Of a stretch of 40,944 nt of DNA, positions 10,350 through 20,458 are shown in pieces. How positions within the stretch are numbered: the first letter of the stretch is position 1; each line of letters begins with the position of its first letter. The stretch spans positions 1-40,944 of the forward strand of contig CAISUR010000395.1 in NCBI GenBank assembly GCA_903888655.1. The letters are read 5' to 3'. The notes under the pieces were generated by a model. That model saw only the letters and a program-made list of their open reading frames with translations. It ran no database searches and had not been told where the DNA came from. The position numbers were made by a program, and so were the translations under genes. Source of the DNA: an uncultured Bacteroidota bacterium (GTDB lineage Bacteria; Bacteroidota; Bacteroidia; Flavobacteriales; Flavobacteriaceae).

Positions 10350-10357
10350 CAAATATA
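10350..10357 (-). promoter_or_regulatory. -7 box (TATATTTG) giving porV its own promoter
   Basis: caaatata on the + strand, between the porU stop (10366) and the porV ATG (10334). Confidence 0.55.
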
Positions 10358-10365
10358 GTATTTTC

Positions 10366-13300
10366 TTAAAGGATAACAAGTTTTTCAATTTTTTCTGCTT
10401 TATTATTAGATATTGTAGACCTTACAGTGAGTTTGTATATATAAACTCCTTTTCCAATTTTATCACCGAAATCATCTTTCCCATCCCAAGTAATTTCTCT
10501 AGATAAAAACCCATCAGTGGTAACCACTTGGTTAATTGTTTTAACAATTTTTCCAGTTATGGTAATGATTTGAACTTGAACTTCCAAAGGTTCGTAAGGT
10601 TTGTTATGACTGAACCAGAATTGCGTATAATTCACAAACGGATTAGGATAATTTAAAACATTACTCAAAGTTACTCCTTCACTATCGGCAACGACAAATT
10701 GTATTTGGGCAGTGACAAAATTATTATAAACATCCCATGCTTTGAAAGTTATGGTGTGCAAACCTTTGGCTAAATTTCTAAATGGATATCGAATTTTACC
10801 TTTTGTATAATCATTAAGTTCCGTTTCATAGTAATCGTTCAAGATATAAGGCTTTGTTTCGTCTCCGTCTAAAATAGCAACGATGTCATGTCCAATTCCG
10901 CTTGCCGTATTAATACCATGCTCATCTTCTAAAAAAGCTAGAAAATAAGGAGATTCATTAGTAATTCCACCATTGACGAAGCTTTCATCATTCATATATA
11001 GCCGAACTTTTGGTGGTGTAACATCGGCTACAGCATTGGTATTTATTCCTCCAACTTTGATATCTATATTGTAGCCTGTTTTGTCTAACAAAATTTGATT
11101 TCTTTTAGCATAAAAGCTAACTCTCCCATTTCCAAGAGGAATTTTTATATCTCGCGGCACCACAAAGCCAATATTAAATGTACCATTATTTACAGAAGCA
11201 TTTCCTCTAAATATAGTTTCACCCAAATTTACAAAACTAATGGGAGGGCTATATCCATCATTATTTAAGGTGGATTTATTATAATTTTTATCGAATACGT
11301 TTACTGCTAAATCGCCATTGTAAGTAGTTAGTAAATTATCATTTTCGTCTCTTACTTCACCTGATAATTTGACATAACTTAAGGCTTTTAAATTATCAAC
11401 GGGTTGTGTAATTGGAACATCATTGATTTTTGTAAGCACTACTTTTGGTTTAGGAATTGCCAACATTAATGCGGGATCTCCCAAATAAGAAGTAACTCTA
11501 ATAGCAGAACCATCGGCATTACTCATGCTTTTTGTCAATCGTAATGCCTCTGCTATTGAAACATTTGCGTTTGTACTTTGTCCATAACCAAAAAGATATT
11601 GAATTAGATATCTATTAAAATCAAATGCGTAACTAATTTCTCGGGTTGTTGTTACCATCGAAATAGCTCCTCCTTTGGGATTCCAATAAGTATACTCGCC
11701 AGCAGAAGCATAATAGGGATTATCAAAACGAGAGAATTCACAAGTGATAGTAATAAATAAAGGATATCTATATTGATTGTTGAAATTATATCCATCTAGA
11801 CGATCCCATATTCTCTCACCCGTCAAACCATCAACGCCACCGTGTCCTAAATAATTAAAAACCAAAGCTCCTTTCTCAAAATCGTTAGTTAACTCTGTTT
11901 TAACTTGTGGGTATCTACTTCCACCTGCTGTAGTTTCTTGAACATAAGAGTCTAATAATATTTTCTTGAAATTCATCAATGGTTTGTTGGCATAAATTTC
12001 ATCTGTTAAACTATTTTGAGCGGCTTGTATTATTTGATCACCTGGCTTATCAGTGTCATCAGAAATAGCAACATAATTATTTCTCCAACTTCCATACGAC
12101 TTTATATCATAATATTCCAATACTTTATTAACCATTTCATCGGCTTGCTGTGTTGAGGACACCAACATTCTTCCAACGGCAATATCCGGACTACCATAAG
12201 TTGAGTCTAAATTACCTTCTGTATCATTCATCATTACAAAAAAATCATCCGATGAAAATGAACTTTGAGTTTCAGTATCACTATTCACCGCGTGATAGAT
12301 TGGAACTATATTAGTATTATTTGGGATTCTGTCTTTAAAATCAAAAGAAGCATCTCCAAATAAATTAACGTATTTAACTCTATTAGATGGTGAAGAAGCA
12401 TTTTGATAAACATATTTAATAAAATTTCGGATGGCACCTATGTCTTGTTTCCCACCTCCAAATTCTTGATAAATTACATCTAAATTGACTACTTTAACAT
12501 TCAAACCATAATAATTTCGGTGAAAATTAGCCAATTTTTCGGCTTGCGAATTTAAGAATGGCGCTGTAATAATTAAATAATCAATGTCTTGAAAAACTCC
12601 TTGAGCGTTATTAAAAATAGTTCCTTTTAAATTCTGATTTGAAACAGAAGTATTGGAATCTACAGAAGGTGTATACAAATCTGATTCATCAAGAGCAATA
12701 TATTTTTTTGCTTGTCCTAAACTTGACTTGAATGAAAAATTACTTTGATTTGTGTTGTATATTGAGGTGACATTATAAATATCAGTAATATCCCAAATTT
12801 GAGAAATACCAGAAGCATTACTCAATTGATATTGTACGACGCCCGTTTGAGTGCTTGCATCATTGTAAGTAAATCGAAATTGTTTTCCATAACCTGTCAA
12901 ATTACTTTTAGTAGCGATACTAATAAAATCTAAATAAGCTTTAGAGGTTGGCACTCCATTATTATTATAAGTCAGTCTTACACTGATGTTTGGCGTACTT
13001 GGAATAGTCTGAAAAGGAAGGGTTTGCGGAATTTGCGGACAATTAGTGTAATTTAAATAACAATTTGCAGCCACTAATCCTGAATTTAATTCTACAGCCC
13101 CCAAACTAATATTTCCTACATTAGTACCATTAACACCAACGGCAAATGAGGTAGAGACAAACGAATTGGATCCCACATGAACGGATAAGTTAGTTGGCGA
13201 AGAAGTCACAATATTAGGAAAACTAAAATCAAAAGTTTGTTCATTATTTAAACTAAAATCTTCTCCGAACCATATTCTGCCTAATTTACCTATGTTAGTC

Positions 13301-14238
13301 TTGTCAATTTCATGAAATTGATAATCGTCGAAAGTCGTTAAATTTAATGTTGGTGCAGCAGTAGGCTGATTCATGAGGGCTATTCTTTTACCGTCATCGC
13401 TTGCGACCGTTATATAATAGTAAGATTTGTCGCAATATAAATTGAGATTGGTGTGGTTTTCAGCATCCCAATTATCCATACCTTCGGCATAAAACAAAAT
13501 GTAATCGCCATCATTAAAAACACCGTCTGATTCGCCAACAACTTGAATGGCGTTTTCTTCCAAATCAATTGGGTAAGGAGTATTGTTAACAAGTGGTACC
13601 ATTCTTCCTCCGTTACCATAAATTTTGATTTTTGTTGGATTGATATTGTTGACATCAAAACCCAAATCAGCCATAAAACCTTTTGAGATTTTATAAATTC
13701 CCGATTTTGTAACATAAATTCTTTTAAATGTGCCAGAGGATAAAATGGAATTCGTTATTCCCGTGCTATTTTGAACTTGGTTGAATTTTGAATTATTTGT
13801 AGAATTCTTATACGTGTATGAAAATGATTTAACTTTTTTATAACCTCCCTCGTCTTTGATAATAGGAGAAAACGTTAACATAGCAAAATTTTTATCTCGA
13901 GAAGTTACATTTTTTAATTTTATGTTTAACGATGACTTAATAGATTTTTTAGATAAATCGCCTAATTGACTTTCGGATATACTCTCATAAACTAGGTTTG
14001 ACACTTGTAGTGAATTTTCATCTACATAGGAACTAATCGGAATTTTTTTAACAAACAAAATTTCCTTTTTAATATAATCAAAGTTAAAACTGTCGGATGA
14101 AAATTGCGGAATATTTAATTTATTTTCTCCAAAAATGAAACCTGTATTTTCAATCCAATCAATAGATAAGATAGTACTTTGTTGTGCATAAACAAAGCAT
14201 TTCAAAAACAAACACAATAGTAAAAAAATTTTTCTCAT
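10366..14238 (-). CDS. porU: T9SS sortase PorU (peptidase C25, gingipain-like)
   Basis: 1290 aa with a signal peptide, LFGDASFDFKDR, DIAVGR, catalytic NYLGHGG and TITCEF, LGDPAL, KAWDVYNN, and a CTD (NYPNPF...GVYIYKL). Upstream of porV and divergent from gldJ. Confidence 0.93.
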   Translation of the reverse strand: MRKIFLLLCLFLKCFVYAQQSTILSIDWIENTGFIFGENKLNIPQFSSDSFNFDYIKKEILFVKKIPISSYVDENSLQVSNLVYESISESQLGDLSKKSIKSSLNIKLKNVTSRDKNFAMLTFSPIIKDEGGYKKVKSFSYTYKNSTNNSKFNQVQNSTGITNSILSSGTFKRIYVTKSGIYKISKGFMADLGFDVNNINPTKIKIYGNGGRMVPLVNNTPYPIDLEENAIQVVGESDGVFNDGDYILFYAEGMDNWDAENHTNLNLYCDKSYYYITVASDDGKRIALMNQPTAAPTLNLTTFDDYQFHEIDKTNIGKLGRIWFGEDFSLNNEQTFDFSFPNIVTSSPTNLSVHVGSNSFVSTSFAVGVNGTNVGNISLGAVELNSGLVAANCYLNYTNCPQIPQTLPFQTIPSTPNISVRLTYNNNGVPTSKAYLDFISIATKSNLTGYGKQFRFTYNDASTQTGVVQYQLSNASGISQIWDITDIYNVTSIYNTNQSNFSFKSSLGQAKKYIALDESDLYTPSVDSNTSVSNQNLKGTIFNNAQGVFQDIDYLIITAPFLNSQAEKLANFHRNYYGLNVKVVNLDVIYQEFGGGKQDIGAIRNFIKYVYQNASSPSNRVKYVNLFGDASFDFKDRIPNNTNIVPIYHAVNSDTETQSSFSSDDFFVMMNDTEGNLDSTYGSPDIAVGRMLVSSTQQADEMVNKVLEYYDIKSYGSWRNNYVAISDDTDKPGDQIIQAAQNSLTDEIYANKPLMNFKKILLDSYVQETTAGGSRYPQVKTELTNDFEKGALVFNYLGHGGVDGLTGERIWDRLDGYNFNNQYRYPLFITITCEFSRFDNPYYASAGEYTYWNPKGGAISMVTTTREISYAFDFNRYLIQYLFGYGQSTNANVSIAEALRLTKSMSNADGSAIRVTSYLGDPALMLAIPKPKVVLTKINDVPITQPVDNLKALSYVKLSGEVRDENDNLLTTYNGDLAVNVFDKNYNKSTLNNDGYSPPISFVNLGETIFRGNASVNNGTFNIGFVVPRDIKIPLGNGRVSFYAKRNQILLDKTGYNIDIKVGGINTNAVADVTPPKVRLYMNDESFVNGGITNESPYFLAFLEDEHGINTASGIGHDIVAILDGDETKPYILNDYYETELNDYTKGKIRYPFRNLAKGLHTITFKAWDVYNNFVTAQIQFVVADSEGVTLSNVLNYPNPFVNYTQFWFSHNKPYEPLEVQVQIITITGKIVKTINQVVTTDGFLSREITWDGKDDFGDKIGKGVYIYKLTVRSTISNNKAEKIEKLVIL

Positions 14239-14434
14239 CAGTTAAAATAACGTAAATTTAGAAATTATATTATACTTTGTAAAAGTAAATTTTTTATCAT
14301 AACAATAAAAAAACAATTCAAGCGTTATTAATTTCAGAATGCAAAAAAATATTTTTACTAAATTTCAAAAAGATGTTGCTATATCAAGGTTAATTCTTAT
14401 ATTGCGCCTCGAAAATTTATTACCTACTATGAGT

Positions 14435-16153
14435 ATGAAAGTAAACAAATTTATGACTATCAGAGTATTACTAGTATTAGTAATCATGGCAAGTTTTTCA
14501 AGTTGCAGTAAAAAGACCGATTCAAAAGGCGGTTCTAAAGCAACAGGATGGAAAATCAATGACAAAAAAGGTGGATTTCAGTATGCTTCAAAATTCAAAA
14601 AGCAAGAAACTGGTCCTGGATTAGTTTTAGTTGAAGGTGGGACATTTACTATGGGTAAAGTTGCGGATGACCCAATGCATGATTGGAATAATACTCCAAC
14701 ACAACAACACGTTATGTCTTTCTACATGGATGAGACGGAAGTTACCAATTTGATGTATATGGAATACTTGGATTGGACTAAAAGAGTATTTCCTCCCGAA
14801 GAAGAAAATTATAAAAACATATATGAAGGAGCTTCTCCAGATACTTTAGTGTGGAGAAATCGTTTAGGTTATAATGAAACAATGACCAATAATTACTTGA
14901 GACATCCAGCATATGCTGAATATCCTGTTGTTGGGGTTAACTGGGTTCAAGCTACAGAATTTAGTAAATGGAGAACGGATCGTGTTAATGAGTCAGTTCT
15001 TGAGAGACAAGGTTATTTGAAAAAAGATGCCAAAGTTACGGATGCTAAAGCAGAGTCTACTTTTAGCACAGAAACCTATTTAGCAGCACCTACAAAAACT
15101 TTTGGAGGAGATGATAAGATTGTTTTGAAAGGACCAAGAAATTCTAAAGCTGCTGGGAAAGGTGGGGCTAAAGGTGCTAATGGTGCAACTAATGAGCCTA
15201 AAAATATATATGCTCAGAGAACTTCAGGTTTAATTTTACCAGAATACAGGCTTCCAACAGAAGCAGAATGGGAATATGCAGCAGCAGCAGACGTAGGTCA
15301 AAGAGAATATAATACCTATAAAGGTCAAAAGAAATATCCATGGTCTGGTAGTTATACTCGTTCAAGTAAAAGATCAATAAAAGGAGATCAATTAGCCAAT
15401 TTTAAGCAAGGAAAAGGAGATTATGGTGGAATAGCAGGTTGGTCTGATGATGGAGCTGATATTACAAACAAAGTAAAATCGTATCCTCCAAATGATTTCG
15501 GATTATATGATATGGCTGGAAATGTTGCTGAATGGGTTGCCGATGTTTATAGACCAATGGTAGATGATGAAGGAAATGACTTCAACTACTTTAGAGGGAA
15601 TGTGTATATGAAAGACAAAATTGGTGAAGATGGAAAAGTTGAACTTGTTACAAAAGAGACTCAAAAGTTTGATACTATGCCAAATGGAAAAATAATATCT
15701 CGTAATTTGCCAGGACAAATTGCTCAAGTTCCTGTTGACGATAAGGAAACTTATTTAAGACAAAATTTTGATAAAAGCGATGAGAGAAATTACAGAGATG
15801 GAGATAAACAATCTACTAGATTTTTTGATTTTGGTGGATCTGAAGAAGGTGATGGTAAATTGCCAGATGAAAAAAGAATGTATGATTCACCAAAACACAA
15901 TGTTTCTACCGATAGTATTGGTAATATGATTCGTAAATATGATCATTCTAGCAAAAGAACAACTTTAGTTAACGATGATGTTAGAGTCTATAAAGGAGGT
16001 TCATGGAAAGATAGAGCATATTGGTTAGATCCAGCTCAAAGAAGATACTTCCCACAAGACATGGCAACTGATTACATTGGTTTTAGATGTGCTATGTCGA
16101 GAGTTGGTCCAAAATCTGACTTTAAAAAATCAGCAAGAAATAAAAAAAGATAA
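14435..16153 (+). CDS. gldJ: Gliding motility lipoprotein GldJ
   Basis: Lipobox FSSC, SxATGW, FGE-sulfatase fold motifs (VEGGTFTMG, MDETEVTN, YRLPTEAEWEYAA, LYDMAGNVAEWV, IGFRCAM), and the conserved position between porU and murF. Start at 14435 (MKVNK) or 14429 is preferred over the track's 14339. Confidence 0.93.
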   Translation: MKVNKFMTIRVLLVLVIMASFSSCSKKTDSKGGSKATGWKINDKKGGFQYASKFKKQETGPGLVLVEGGTFTMGKVADDPMHDWNNTPTQQHVMSFYMDETEVTNLMYMEYLDWTKRVFPPEEENYKNIYEGASPDTLVWRNRLGYNETMTNNYLRHPAYAEYPVVGVNWVQATEFSKWRTDRVNESVLERQGYLKKDAKVTDAKAESTFSTETYLAAPTKTFGGDDKIVLKGPRNSKAAGKGGAKGANGATNEPKNIYAQRTSGLILPEYRLPTEAEWEYAAAADVGQREYNTYKGQKKYPWSGSYTRSSKRSIKGDQLANFKQGKGDYGGIAGWSDDGADITNKVKSYPPNDFGLYDMAGNVAEWVADVYRPMVDDEGNDFNYFRGNVYMKDKIGEDGKVELVTKETQKFDTMPNGKIISRNLPGQIAQVPVDDKETYLRQNFDKSDERNYRDGDKQSTRFFDFGGSEEGDGKLPDEKRMYDSPKHNVSTDSIGNMIRKYDHSSKRTTLVNDDVRVYKGGSWKDRAYWLDPAQRRYFPQDMATDYIGFRCAMSRVGPKSDFKKSARNKKR

Positions 16154-16172
16154 TTCTTTTTAAACAATACTG

Positions 16173-16197
16173 AAAAGCCCTTTAATTAGGGCTTTTT
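16173..16197 (+). terminator. Intrinsic terminator after gldJ
   Basis: aaaagccc-tttaatta-gggcttttt followed by a T-rich run. Confidence 0.8.
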
Positions 16198-16218
16198 GTT
16201 TTTTAAAAATTTACAAAG

Positions 16219-17502
16219 ATGACAATCCTTGAAATTCATAATTTGTTCCTTCAATCAAGTGGAATAGTAATTGACACTCGAAAAATTGTGCCTAATTCTT
16301 TTTTTGTTGCGCTAAAAGGAGACCGATTTGATGCAAATACCTTTGCCAATGAAGCACTAGAAAAAGGAGCCTCTTTCGTAATTATAGATAATAAAGATTA
16401 CTATATCAACGAAAAAACCATTTTGGTCGAGGATAGCTTAGTTACTTTGCAACAATTAGCAAAATATCATAGGACGTACTTAAATTTAAAAGTTATTGCC
16501 CTAACAGGAAGTAATGGCAAAACAACAACGAAAGAATTAATTCAAGTCGTACTTGCCAGAAAATTCAAAACAAAAGCTACTATTGGAAATCTTAACAATC
16601 ATATTGGAGTTCCGTTAACATTATTGTCTTTTGATAAAAGTACAGAAATTGGAATCGTCGAAATGGGAGCCAACCATCAAAAAGAAATTGAATTTTTATG
16701 TGAAATTGCTACTCCTGATTATGGGTACATCACCAATTTTGGAAAAGCACATTTAGAGGGATTTGGAGGATTTGAAGGAGTAATACAAGGAAAAAGTGAG
16801 ATGTATACTTACCTTAGGTTGAATCATAAAATAGTTTTTTTAAATATTGATGATGTCATTCAAAATGAATTATCACACCAAATTGAAAATATAACATTTA
16901 GTACAATCAATCCAAAAAGTAATGTTTTCATACAAAAAATTACTGCGAATCCTTTTGTATCCGTTTGTTTTAACTCTTCTGTAATTTGCTCTCATTTAAT
17001 AGGTTTGTATAATGCCAACAATATTAATGCTGCGATAACGATTGGTACTTATTTTGGTATTTCAGATGAAGATATTAAAAATGCTATTGAGAGTTATGTG
17101 CCAGAAAACAATCGGTCACAACTGATTATAAAAAACTCTAATGAAATAATTTTAGATGCTTATAATGCAAATCCCAGTAGTATGATGGTTGCTTTAGAGA
17201 ACTTTTTGCAACTTGATAAACTCAATAAAATTATTATTATTGGCGATATGTTTGAACTTGGAGCCCAAAGTTTAGGAGAACATAAATCAATTGTGGATTA
17301 TTTAACAAAAGCACATACAATTCAATGTTTCTTTGTTGGAAATGACTTTTATTTAAATAAGGTAGATAAAGAAAATTTTAGCTTTTATGAAGACTTTGAT
17401 TCCTTCGCTGCTTTCTTAAAAAAGAATGTTTTTGTTGATAAAACTATTTTAATTAAAGGTTCTCGGGGGATGGCGTTAGAGAGAACATTGGAATTTATGT
17501 AA
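16219..17502 (+). CDS. murF: UDP-N-acetylmuramoyl-tripeptide--D-Ala-D-Ala ligase
   Basis: DTRKI, ALTGSNGKTTTKE P-loop, GNLNNHIGVPLTL, EMGANH, DAYNANPSSM, GDMFELG and KGSRGM. Confidence 0.96.
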   Translation: MTILEIHNLFLQSSGIVIDTRKIVPNSFFVALKGDRFDANTFANEALEKGASFVIIDNKDYYINEKTILVEDSLVTLQQLAKYHRTYLNLKVIALTGSNGKTTTKELIQVVLARKFKTKATIGNLNNHIGVPLTLLSFDKSTEIGIVEMGANHQKEIEFLCEIATPDYGYITNFGKAHLEGFGGFEGVIQGKSEMYTYLRLNHKIVFLNIDDVIQNELSHQIENITFSTINPKSNVFIQKITANPFVSVCFNSSVICSHLIGLYNANNINAAITIGTYFGISDEDIKNAIESYVPENNRSQLIIKNSNEIILDAYNANPSSMMVALENFLQLDKLNKIIIIGDMFELGAQSLGEHKSIVDYLTKAHTIQCFFVGNDFYLNKVDKENFSFYEDFDSFAAFLKKNVFVDKTILIKGSRGMALERTLEFM

Positions 17503-17568
17503 GAAGACCTGTTCATCCCTCTATTTTTTTAAACCACAAGACGTAGGGATTAGACACTTTATAGTAAT

Positions 17569-18804
17569 TCAAAGGAACTTTTTTTTATTCTTCTCTTCAA
17601 TCCATTTGCTCATGTATTTGGAGCTTGACAGGAAATGATGTTGCAAAATAGCTCCCGTAAAGTTGTTTTTTCTATGAGATATAAGATTTTCCTTTAAAAA
17701 ATGAATTTTAGAAATAAAATCGTTTTCAAAAAGTAATTTTTTATAACGTTTTTTTAAAATTTCAAATCCATGGTTTTGGTATTGTTGCCATAGTTCTTTG
17801 TTATTGTGAAGTTCTACAGTTGCATCAGCAAATTCCTGAGGATTATCTTTGATAAAACCATTCCAAACCAAATTACCTTTCATTGATTCCGCACCAATAG
17901 TGGAAGTTATACTAGGAGTGCCGCATTGCATGGCTTCAAGTAATTTGCCTTTAATTCCGGCACCAAAACGAAGTGGCGCCAAAACCATTCTTGCATTTTT
18001 CACAACATCAAGTGCATTAATAGCCCTTCCCATAACATAAAAATTTTCTTTCGGTTTATGCAATTGAAAAACCTTTTGTGAAGGGTATGCACCATAAATT
18101 AGCATTTTGGCATCAGGTAATCTAGAATGAACTAATGGCCAAATTGATGCAGATAGGTATTTCACGCAATCCCAATTAGGTTCATGTAAAAAATTTCCTA
18201 TAAAAATAAAATTATTTCGTTCTTCATAACTTGGAATCACCGATAATTTTTCCGCAAAAATCGGTAAGAAATATAAAATATCTTTTGAAATCCTAAATTG
18301 ATTTTGCAACAATTCCATTTCATATTCAGAAACCATCAAAGAAATATCACTTCGCAAAATACTGGCAATTTCTCTTTTGGCTATTTCTGAATATAAATCA
18401 TCAAAAGTAAATTCTCGATTTTCTTTTAATGCTTGTTGCCGTGCTTGACGTAAACAGTGTAAATCCTCTGTGTCTAATATTTTTATGACTTCAGGGCATT
18501 GTTCTGAAACACGCCAGCCAAATTGTTCCTCGACCATAAATCGATCAAATAAGACAATATTTGGATTTAATTCGTAAATAAAAGTGTCAAACGTAGACGA
18601 GTTCAGTTCAATAGTTTTAATATTTATTTTCAAGAGCGATAAATCTTCTGAAAACTCTAGGTTTTGTGCAGTACTCGCAAATGTTATTTCATAACCATCG
18701 GCTTGAAATAATTCTATTAATTGCATCATACGGTTGCCTGCCGCAGATGATTTGGGCTCGGGTAACACAAATCCAATAATTAATAATGTTTTATATTTCA
18801 TCAT
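17569..18804 (-). CDS. GT-B fold glycosyltransferase (GT4-like)
   Basis: PEPKSSAAG, DTEDLH, FIGNFLHEPN and APLRFGAGIKGKLLEAM..GTP motifs. Confidence 0.85.
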   Translation of the reverse strand: MMKYKTLLIIGFVLPEPKSSAAGNRMMQLIELFQADGYEITFASTAQNLEFSEDLSLLKINIKTIELNSSTFDTFIYELNPNIVLFDRFMVEEQFGWRVSEQCPEVIKILDTEDLHCLRQARQQALKENREFTFDDLYSEIAKREIASILRSDISLMVSEYEMELLQNQFRISKDILYFLPIFAEKLSVIPSYEERNNFIFIGNFLHEPNWDCVKYLSASIWPLVHSRLPDAKMLIYGAYPSQKVFQLHKPKENFYVMGRAINALDVVKNARMVLAPLRFGAGIKGKLLEAMQCGTPSITSTIGAESMKGNLVWNGFIKDNPQEFADATVELHNNKELWQQYQNHGFEILKKRYKKLLFENDFISKIHFLKENLISHRKNNFTGAILQHHFLSSSKYMSKWIEEKNKKKFL

Positions 18805-18865
18805 GCTATTAAAAGGATTTACAAAGAAAACATTTAATTTTACATCAAATTAAAATTCTACGAAA

Positions 18866-19447
18866 ATGTTAGGTCTTAAATTAAAAACCGACCCGAGATG
18901 GGTTACTATTGTGGCATCAAACATAGAGGAAATTCTAACCGATCACGCTTGGTGTGAACAAAAAGCAGCCACAAATATTATTACTATAATTACTTATAAT
19001 TCGGAGCATGTTGATTTAGTGACTGACCTGTTAGAAATAGCGAAAGAAGAAATTGAGCATTTTCAAATGGTTCACAATATTATTAAAGAACGCGGGCTTA
19101 CGTTAGGGAGAGAGCGCAAAGATCATTATGTGAACGAACTTTTTAAATTTATGCGAAAAGATGGCAGTCGCAATGATGCTTTTATTGATCGATTATTATT
19201 TTCAGCGATGATTGAAGCAAGAAGCTGTGAACGATTTAAAGTGTTATCACAAAATATTGATGACAAAGAATTAGCAGAGTTTTATAGAGTATTGATGATA
19301 AGTGAAGCGGGACACTATACTACCTTTTTAAAGTTTGCCCGAAAATATACCGAAAAAGTTGATGTTGATAAACGTTGGGGTGAATGGTTGGAATTTGAAG
19401 GAGAACTTATTTCCAATTATGGTAAAAGCGAAACGGTTCACGGATAA
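18866..19447 (+). CDS. miaE: tRNA-(ms2io6A37) hydroxylase, ferritin-like diiron enzyme
   Basis: DHAWCEQKAA, EEIEHF, IEARSCERF and SEAGHY diiron ligands. Confidence 0.92.
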   Translation: MLGLKLKTDPRWVTIVASNIEEILTDHAWCEQKAATNIITIITYNSEHVDLVTDLLEIAKEEIEHFQMVHNIIKERGLTLGRERKDHYVNELFKFMRKDGSRNDAFIDRLLFSAMIEARSCERFKVLSQNIDDKELAEFYRVLMISEAGHYTTFLKFARKYTEKVDVDKRWGEWLEFEGELISNYGKSETVHG

Positions 19448-19600
19448 AATATTAACAATGATGACATGTCTAATCCAGAGCTAATCGAGTTTAAGGAAAT
19501 AAGTAAAGAAATGATTGAAAAAATATTAACCAAAAAGATGCCAAACGCTCTCGAAATGAAAAAGCTAGCTCTAATTATATTTTGAGACAGCATCTTTTTT

Positions 19601-19608
19601 TACATTTG
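19601..19608 (+). promoter_or_regulatory. -7 box (TACATTTG) immediately upstream of murI
   Basis: TAnnTTTG ending 4 nt before ATG 19613, which implies a nearly leaderless transcript. Confidence 0.5.
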
Positions 19609-19612
19609 TTTT

Positions 19613-20391
19613 ATGATAAACAAAAAACCCATAGGACTTTTTGATTCGGGAATTGGTGGTACTTCTATTTGGAAAGAAATTCATCAATTGCTTCCAAATG
19701 AAGACACTATTTACTTAGCCGATAGTAAAAATGCACCCTATGGTGAAAAATCTAAAGATGAAATTATTCATTTAAGTTGTAAAAACACCGAACTTCTTCT
19801 CAACAAAAATTGCAAACTTATTGTTGTGGCTTGCAATACGGCTACCACAAATGCTATCAAAGAATTACGAGCCAAATATGACATCCCTTTTATTGGAATC
19901 GAACCTGCTATTAAGCCTGCTGCGCTTCATTCTGAAACTCAAAAAATCGGAATTCTCGCCACCAAAGGAACGCTCAACAGCGAATTGTTTTACAAAAATG
20001 TGGAGCAATTTCAAGACATTCAAATCATTGAGCAAATTGGTTTTGGACTCGTAGAACTTATTGAAAACGGTAAAATAAATACCCTGGAAATGGAACATTT
20101 GTTATCTCAATATCTAACGCCCATGATTCAGTCCAATATCGATTATCTCGTTCTTGGTTGTAGCCATTATCCCTATTTGATCCCACAGATAAAAAAATTA
20201 TTCCTCCTTCCATCACCATCATTGATTCTGGTGAAGCGGTAGCAAAGCAAACTAAAAAAATAATTGCTGAAAAAATTGGCTTTCGAGAAATTCCAGAAAA
20301 AAGCAATCAACAATTTTATACGAATACCAATCCAAAAGTACTTGCTGATATTCTTGAAAACAAGTATAACGTAATTCAGAACGATTTCTAA
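19613..20391 (+). CDS. murI: Glutamate racemase, interrupted by a single-base frameshift at A7 (20191-20197); error or pseudogene not resolved
   Basis: FDSGIGG, PYGEKS, VACNTAT and LGCSHYP motifs. The track ORF stops at 20242, but the -1 frame continues IIPPSITIIDSGEAVAKQT...IQNDF* to TAA at 20391, giving 259 aa if one A is restored. Confidence 0.92.
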
Positions 20392-20436
20392 AAACTCAGC
20401 TTTTTTAATAGCATCAATAGTTCCACTCAAAAAGAG

Positions 20437-20444
20437 TATCTTTG
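20437..20444 (+). promoter_or_regulatory. -7 box (TATCTTTG)
   Basis: TAnnTTTG 14 nt upstream of ATG 20459. Confidence 0.6.
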
Positions 20445-20458
20445 CAAAAATAAAAAGC

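Noticed and set aside
9078-17502. porV-porU / gldJ-murF arrangement as a novel system
   Set aside because: This is a well-known conserved flavobacterial locus, and the PorU catalytic His and Cys motifs are intact.
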